Assembly (NCBI GenBank): GCA_012295275.1
Contig: CM022671.1
Location: forward strand, 8,122,001-8,186,000
Origin: Chrysomallon squamiferum
Taxonomy: Eukaryota; Animalia; Mollusca
DNA: 64,000 nt
Direction of reading: 5' to 3'
The notes beneath the pieces were generated by a model. It had not been told where the DNA came from. It made no database searches and was given only the letters and a program-made list of their open reading frames with translations. Positions 56,492-64,000 of this stretch are shown in pieces. The translations under genes and the position numbers were made by a program. Positions within the stretch are counted from its first letter, which is position 1. Each line of letters begins with the position of its first letter.

Positions 56492-59400
56492 AGCAGTATC
56501 CAGTCTATTTAAGATAAGAAATGTATGAATTTTCAAGCCATCTTGTTTCAGTAACAACACTTCAAATACCAAGTATAAAACATCTGAATTTTACTCAATT
56601 CTAAATATTTACGTGCAGTGAATTTGTAAAAAATAAAATCAACTTTCCAATGCAACAGATGTTATACACTTTACATATATTTTAAATTTTATAATCTTAC
56701 AGCATATGGAATTGTATTTTATTATCGAATTGATAAACAGTTTCAATTTAATCAGAAAAATATAGCAATGTGTTTCAAGGCTTTAGTAACATTTATCATA
56801 AGGTAACACATTTTCAGTATAATGACAAACTATGTTTAAGTGTTTTATACCATTGAGGCATCCATCTCAATAATTTATACTATCACATCCATTTAAACCT
56901 CTAAATCTTACAGACAGTTTTAGCATCCATTTAAATTTTACATTCCTGTGTCATCTATCAAGTGACATACAGTTTTCATTTATTTTACTGATACAATATT
57001 TATTTGCACATACCCACACATACAACATGTTTTTTATAATTTTAAAATGAAACTGGTTAATTATCTGCTTTATAATTATCTTCACCTTAGCTGACTGAAA
57101 ACTATTTTGAAGACTCCCGACCACAACAGATAATGATACACTTGTAAGATATTAATGATTTCCTTCCGCGTAGACAATATAGATCTGCTTCCAGCAATTA
57201 TCTCACTACAGAGGAAATAATGGAGAAAATCGACAAATTGCAAAGGGTAATGACCCATCCAAGAACTACACCAGAGATCATCCAAAAGGCTTGAACGTCT
57301 GACATTTTGCTTACATTTGTGAAGGGGCAAAATGAGAGCACAATACATATAATTTGTTTTTGTTTGACTAAAAATGTTTAATGCTTAAATTAATTAGTAA
57401 TGTTCTGAAATCCTTAAAATTAAGAACAAAAATATGTTTAACAACATATAAATATTTGTGTTCGCTATAAACTTGTTTATGTTAAGTGAATTTTTTTTTT
57501 AAAGTTACTATTTAACAATTTGTTTCATGTCTTTATTTTTACTCCAAGTATTTGTGTAATATATAATTTTTATCTGAAAAACATTGCAGGCAAGATGAAA
57601 ACTAATGAGCTGACACCACATCAGAGATAACTCATGTTTTAAAGCATGTGAGTCTACAAGTTATTTTAAACTAAATGACTTGAGTTTATTAGTTTTAGTT
57701 TTTTGTGAAAAAATATCATAAACCAGTTTATTTTAGGAATCAATCCAGCAAGAAAAAAAAATTAAAAATTAAAAATATATATATATATTAAAAAAAAGAT
57801 GAAGAAAGAAATTTAAATGCTGATCAAATAACATTTCATGCAGAAAGATTATAATTTTATACAAAAGAATTAAAACTGGAAATACATCACTTGTTTCAAA
57901 AAAACCAACCCATTTAACCTGTGAGATGGGTTGGAAGTTGTAAACATCCTAGCATAGCAGTAAGATCAGAACATGCAGGCTTCTCTTGTTATTAGATTAG
58001 TGACTAAGATAAACAAAGGAGATATGACATGTGGGAAGTATCCAGATAAAACTTTGACAAGGACAGCCTTGGGGAAGGAACAACATGTCTGTAATTGCTA
58101 TTAAATTCAAAACTTTATAACAGCATATCATCAAATGCTGTCAGAACTCTGCTGGTCTCTGTGGGATTTTTCATGAAGATAAAAACCCTGGTAACCTACA
58201 GGCAATGTGCCAGGGTTTTACTTACCTAACAGGCAGAAATGAACAATAGGCTCAGCGCAGAACTCTGACAATACTGAACTTTAATGGGCAGTCCTGCATC
58301 AATGGTTTATAAGGCTTGGCTCGTTTTTTTTTTTTAAAAGAGTAGAACACACATCTTTTTTTAAAGGTCTCTGGGTTTTTTTTTGTTTCTGTTGGGTGGC
58401 AATATATGGCAACTGCTGCCTTCTGTATAGCAAAACATTTGGCATTTATAATCAATATTTTTCATCTTTTAATGATCCTTTCACTATAATGCTACCAGAT
58501 GCAGAAACAGTTATTTCTTGTAGAATAATATGTGGGGGAAGAAAATAGCTTGTTTATCATATAGGTTGAAAATAAAATCTATTACAGCCAGGTAATTTGA
58601 CTAAATGATTTTTTTTTTTTTAAATTTCCATTAAAAATGTTAAGAAGACATTGAAACTGTTTTATCTAAATCAATAGAAAACTGCTTAATGGGGTTCCGT
58701 TTTCAACTTGATTCTAAATGGCCAGAGAGCAAACAATGAAATAGTACAGTGAATATACAACAGAAGAGAAAATAGAAGAAAGAGATAACCAAAATAGGTT
58801 TCCATACACTTTGTTTGTTTTCATAAGAACATATCTATCTTACATCTACTCAAAAGAGGTAATTAAATACAGGTACACAGAGTAAAGTTTATCTTTACCT
58901 CAACTTGTGATTATATTAACAAATTCTATGCTGGATCTGGTTGACTGGTCTGTTACAGCCAAGTGGAGGTGTAATACAATTATAGTAAAAAGCATGGGAG
59001 GAAGCAGCTGAAATAATCTTGGCATGAGATCTCACTTCCACTGCCGAGTCAGTGTAATTGTTTGGCACCATCTTGTGATCATCTCTTCAAATCAAACCTC
59101 TGCAGAGACCAGACTCTTCACGATGACTTCAGACCAGCTGTGGTTTCTAATATTAACTCAATTTGATTTGCGTCTTTTTTCATCGTTCTTAAAAATTTAT
59201 ATTTATCTCACTGTATATTTACAAACACACGTGCGTGCACACACACACAAATATATATATGACAAATAAAAAAGAAATCAAGAAAAACAAAATCTAATTT
59301 CATTTGTATTACCAAAATAATTGCTTTTAAGACATGCTCTCTACAAATAGTAATGCCAGTTAATCAGTTAATACTTTGCAGTAATAAAGTAAGATGAAGA

Positions 59401-60260
59401 GAACTGCTGAAATCCAATACTGCTGAAAGAACTGTTTTTCTGAACAGATCAATATTAATACTCGAAGAAACTTTTGTAAGTAAATCAAATATGGTATTTT
59501 GATAGCAATGAATTGGTTTATGTAAGATAATATTACTTCCATTTTTGTCAATTAAAATATTCAATTACTGACAGAAATAAGTATGTCTTATTGTTTAATA
59601 TATCATTTACAAAATCAAAATTTTTAAAGACAGAACTTTAATTAACTGAAAAAAAACAAAAAAACAACAACCTAAAACAACAGTAAAACAGATAATATGA
59701 TTAAATAAACTAAAAAATTAAAAACCAAAAAAAAAAAAAAAAAAAAGATGTTCCAGTTAATTTAAAATTTCTTGTTTCTGATAAGTTTATTACATTTTTT
59801 TTTTTTTTTCATATTAACAAAAAGAAACAAGACAGAAGTAACATTTATATATAAAAGTGCTATGTATTCCCAGGTACAAAGTTAAGCAGACTTGTTTTCT
59901 TAGTACAATATTTCCAGATGGAGAATTCTCAAAAGTGAAGATCTCCTGGATCCAGACTTACTAAACTAAACAAGATGAAGTATGGTATACAGTAGTTTGA
60001 TGATCTGAGTGTGTCACAAGCTGTTGAATCAACAAACCAGCATCAGGCAAAACAAAACTCATCTGCAGAAACAGGCACACACACACACACACACAGACAG
60101 CTGCCAGTCTCATAAACCTGGTTGATTACACAAACATTTGTTGGTTTAACTATGCAAGTAGAGACTCACTGGTCCAGCCAGAAAGATGATTCATATACTG
60201 TATACAGGAAATAAATAATAATAAAGCTTAGAATTTTGTGTTAATGCTATTTTAAACATG

Positions 60261-60330
60261 TAATAATAATAATAATAAGAATAAGAATAAGAATAAGAAT
60301 AAGAATAAGAATAATAAGAATAATAATAAT
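60261..60330. repeat. (AAT)n-(AATAAG)n-(AAT)n compound microsatellite
   Basis: A hexamer AATAAG array has arisen inside an AAT run. It explains the YSYS ORF. Confidence 0.93.
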
Positions 60331-62634
60331 TTGTTTGTTGAAAGTAACCCATTTTTTTTAAATCATACACACACACACATTTTTTTTTCTCTAAGGCCTC
60401 GTGAATACATTTTAAAAAGATAAATGTAAAGTTGGGTTTGTGCACATATTTATAAATGGCTGTGTATAATACTCATTTATATTACAAATTATAAGCAATT
60501 AAATTAGAAGGATAACTTTTTTTTTTTTTTTTTTTTTTAAAAGAAGAAAAAACAATTATAGTGGGTCAAAGAAGTGAAGCACTTTAATGAACTGATCATT
60601 AATTTCCTAATTCAGCCAGCAGATTTTGAGTTGATGTGTATCAACGGCTGTGCTATATCCTGACTGTGAGTCTCAGATAAAAAGAACTTTGTGGGTAATC
60701 AGCAAAAGCAGCTCATGTCTGGCTGCAGTAAGTCTCTTATCTCTAATACCTACCATTAATATCTGTACTGAAAAAACAACTTCAGTATTAATGAGATATA
60801 ACTCTGACAATAACAGAATCATAAGCAATATGAAAGGAAGCCTGTAAATGTCTGTTTTTGATGAAAATGGAAAAATGAGTGACAAAGGTTGGGATGTGTA
60901 AGAAAAGAGATAGAGAGAGAGAGAGTTAGAAAAATTCTCTTTTCAAAACCATGAATATATTGTATTGCAATGTCATGAACTCAAACACAGGCAATACAGC
61001 TTTATAATGTTACCTATATTTCAGCTTTTTTTTTTACAATCAATCATGTCACCACAGTCACTTTCTTGATTCGAAAACAGACATAAATATTTCCCTGTAA
61101 GTTTAGAGAATAAAAATAAGAACACCTTGATGTGCTAAAAAGACACACACCTGTGGCCTTATAAATCAGATTTGTGGCAGGTGTTGATAATGATTTAATA
61201 GCAAAATATTAACTTTTAACTTGGTTATTATACTTTGCACACAGGTTCAGTCATCTTGTCAAACTTAATTAAACTCTTGTATGTTTTATACTTTTTTGAT
61301 AAATCACAATATAATAAGAGTTTAAAATGACAAAGTAATAAATATTTTATACAGAGGATATGAAAGTCAGATCAGAAGAGTTATAATTTTTACTAGTTGG
61401 ATTAGATTATGTTTCTAATTGAAATATCTAATATATCTTTGAACATAATGATCTTCTTTCCAAGGTAACAGTATACTTCAAAAGCAGCAAACTTAAGTAT
61501 ATTACCAACCTTCTGTATTTCAATTAGATAAACCTTTTAATACACATGTTTCTGAAAATAATTTTTTACTGTAATGAATGTGTTTAAAGTAGCCACAAAA
61601 CAAGAAAGTTTACAAGTTACTGTTTTTATAGCATATTCTATTTTGTTTTAGTAACACATGGTTACTCTGCAATGATCTTTTAAGTAGATTTATTTATAGG
61701 ACTGCCTGAAGTTTAATAAAAACATAATTAAATACACCTACACAGTTTGTACAATCATTAAAAAAAATAACATAAAGATATTAATTATAGAATGATGATG
61801 TGTCATCTGAATAATTTCAATTTAACATACGTGCACAATAATGTCATAAACTTCGTGAAAATGTGAAAAAGATTAAAGGTTTCTATTTCATCAGCCAGTA
61901 TTTCATCTGAAAGTATCATTATATATTCAAACTTAATGGTGCAAATAGAAAAGAAAATTAACAGTGATGCAAACAGAATTTATAGTTTTCATTATTTAGA
62001 GAACATCTCATGCCTCTGGCATGATTTTATAAAATGTGCTGAGCTCAGCATATATGGTAAAATCTATTTGTTTCTTTTATCTCAGTTTTATGTTTCCATT
62101 AAATCTCCTTTCATTAATCTGAAAAAACATTTATAATACAGTAGTTTGGCACCAGAATGTTGATCAGTTCTCTTTAAATGTAAGAATAATTACTAAATGA
62201 ACGAAGGGAAAAAACACTCTAAAACCTTTTTTTGATGAGTAGGAGATATGAAAAAGAAAAATGATAACGTCACATCTGCCAAAAAGCCTAAATATTTTTT
62301 ATCCTTTTGAAAAAAAAAGTCCATGATTGATAGATGCAAACCAAGCATCAACAAAGAGTTCAAATAGAAGTTATTGTTGTTTTGTAAACACCAAGCATGA
62401 AGAACATTGCACCAGTCAAATTGCAGAGTTCAAGCTACATGTGCAGGTATCAAATTTCAAGACGCTTACACCATAAATACAGAAAAGAATTACTGTTCCA
62501 GATGTTTCTTTCTTTCCTGGCATCTATATATGAAATATTACTATGCTGGTTTAAACCTTCAGATCCAAAGAAAATGAAACCAGCAATCTTCATAATTTTG
62601 CAAATAAACATTTCCACATTTGTTATGTATGTTA

Positions 62635-62637
<3 letters not shown>

Positions 62638-62708
<71 letters not shown>

Positions 62709-62713
62709 CAGAC
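62638..62713. repeat. (TG)n-(AG)n compound microsatellite
   Basis: Directly visible. Confidence 0.95.
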
Positions 62714-63815
62714 AAAATTATGGTATTGTTTGTAACTGTAGACAGTAAACTTTTTTCATTTATTAAGTATTAATGTAATTTATATGTTTGGGAGAAAGAA
62801 CTTCCTGATTTAGAATACAAAACTATCTTTTGCCAGATTAAGTTCATGAGTTAGGGAAGTGAAATTCAACACCACTACCATACATAACTTTAATAATCAA
62901 TTATGTTCTTTGTCATGAAACATTGTTAATTTTACAAACGATTAGAAATTTCTAAATTTTTCATTTTTGTAATCTGAATATTCTAAGATAAGGAGATTAT
63001 ATACAAAAATTCAATACTGGGGATTATACAATATAATCCTTTATTAATTTATTTCATGTTTTGGCACACTCCGTGACTAATTAGATTTTAAAATACATCT
63101 TGTATCAGTACAACAGTTGCTTTTAAAATGAACATAAATATATTCATATTGTTCTGAAGCAAGCCTCTGAATTTTTAACTACTGGCTTGCAATTAAATTG
63201 CAGTAGAACATGCAAAAAACAGGTATACATTACAAATAATGACTGGGTCGAACAACCCAGATTGTAAATATACAATTATTTGCTGGTCATGTTGAATGGT
63301 TTAAAAAATCCACTTTCGTCTTCTGACCTTAGCCAAATATCTAGTGCTAACCTCTCAACTTTTTTCATTTACACTGTATTTAATTTCTCTTTTAATATAT
63401 ATTTAAAAAAAGCATTTATAAAAAGAGAAAAAAAAGAAGCAAAATATGTTAAATTTGTATACATTAAAAACAGTTTGGTCTGGTTTTGGAAGGATGTTAT
63501 ATTCATTGAAGTCACTGAAGCAAAAAGAGATGATTTAATACTGTGTATTTTATATTTTAAAACAAAAAACATTTTATTACAAATTTTTTTTCCATTTTAA
63601 TTTTTTTTAAATAAACTATGAACAGTGTATTATATTGAAGTCTTGCAGATCTTATGACTTATCTAAACTTTGTATTAACATTATGTCAACATTAAAATAA
63701 ATAATATTAAATAAACATTTTATTTAATAATTAATGTTTGGATATTTAGAATTGCCGGTACACTGATTTTTTTTTTAAAGGTAACTTTAATTTTCTGATT
63801 CTTATTTAACATATT

Positions 63816-63841
63816 CACACACACACACACACACACACACA
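63816..63841. repeat. (CA)n microsatellite
   Basis: Directly visible. Confidence 0.9.
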
Positions 63842-64000
63842 AACAAACACAAAAAAAAATATTAATGTTTTTTGAATACACAGATTTTTTTATCCCTAAA
63901 CTCAGATATTCAAACTGTCAAATAAATCTGATAATGACCAAACCAAAACTTTCTCTCAAGTTAGTGTTTTGAAAAATATCCAGTTTTCCTGCTGGACAGA

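Overview
AT-rich, CpG-depleted, microsatellite-rich animal genomic DNA. It is most consistent with an invertebrate, possibly a gastropod mollusc; that taxon guess rests on recalled repeat motifs and is unverified. The only well-supported coding content is the 5' part of a SLIT-ROBO Rho GTPase-activating protein (srGAP, F-BAR/RhoGAP/SH3 family) gene on the minus strand. Three internal F-BAR exons (3471-3288, 2638-2470, 327-265) have canonical AG/GT boundaries and splice in frame. A candidate 25-nt first coding exon (50771-50747, MNRPIEPK) joins them in the correct phase across a ~47.3 kb intron. The rest of the window is intronic or upstream DNA with simple repeats, short dispersed duplications, decayed repeat remnants, CpG-retaining islands that may be regulatory, and a few possible antisense coding relics. 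Almost all ORFs in the supplied track are low-complexity artefacts. I found no prokaryote-type system (CRISPR, operon, RNA gene) and no convincing novel multi-gene system.
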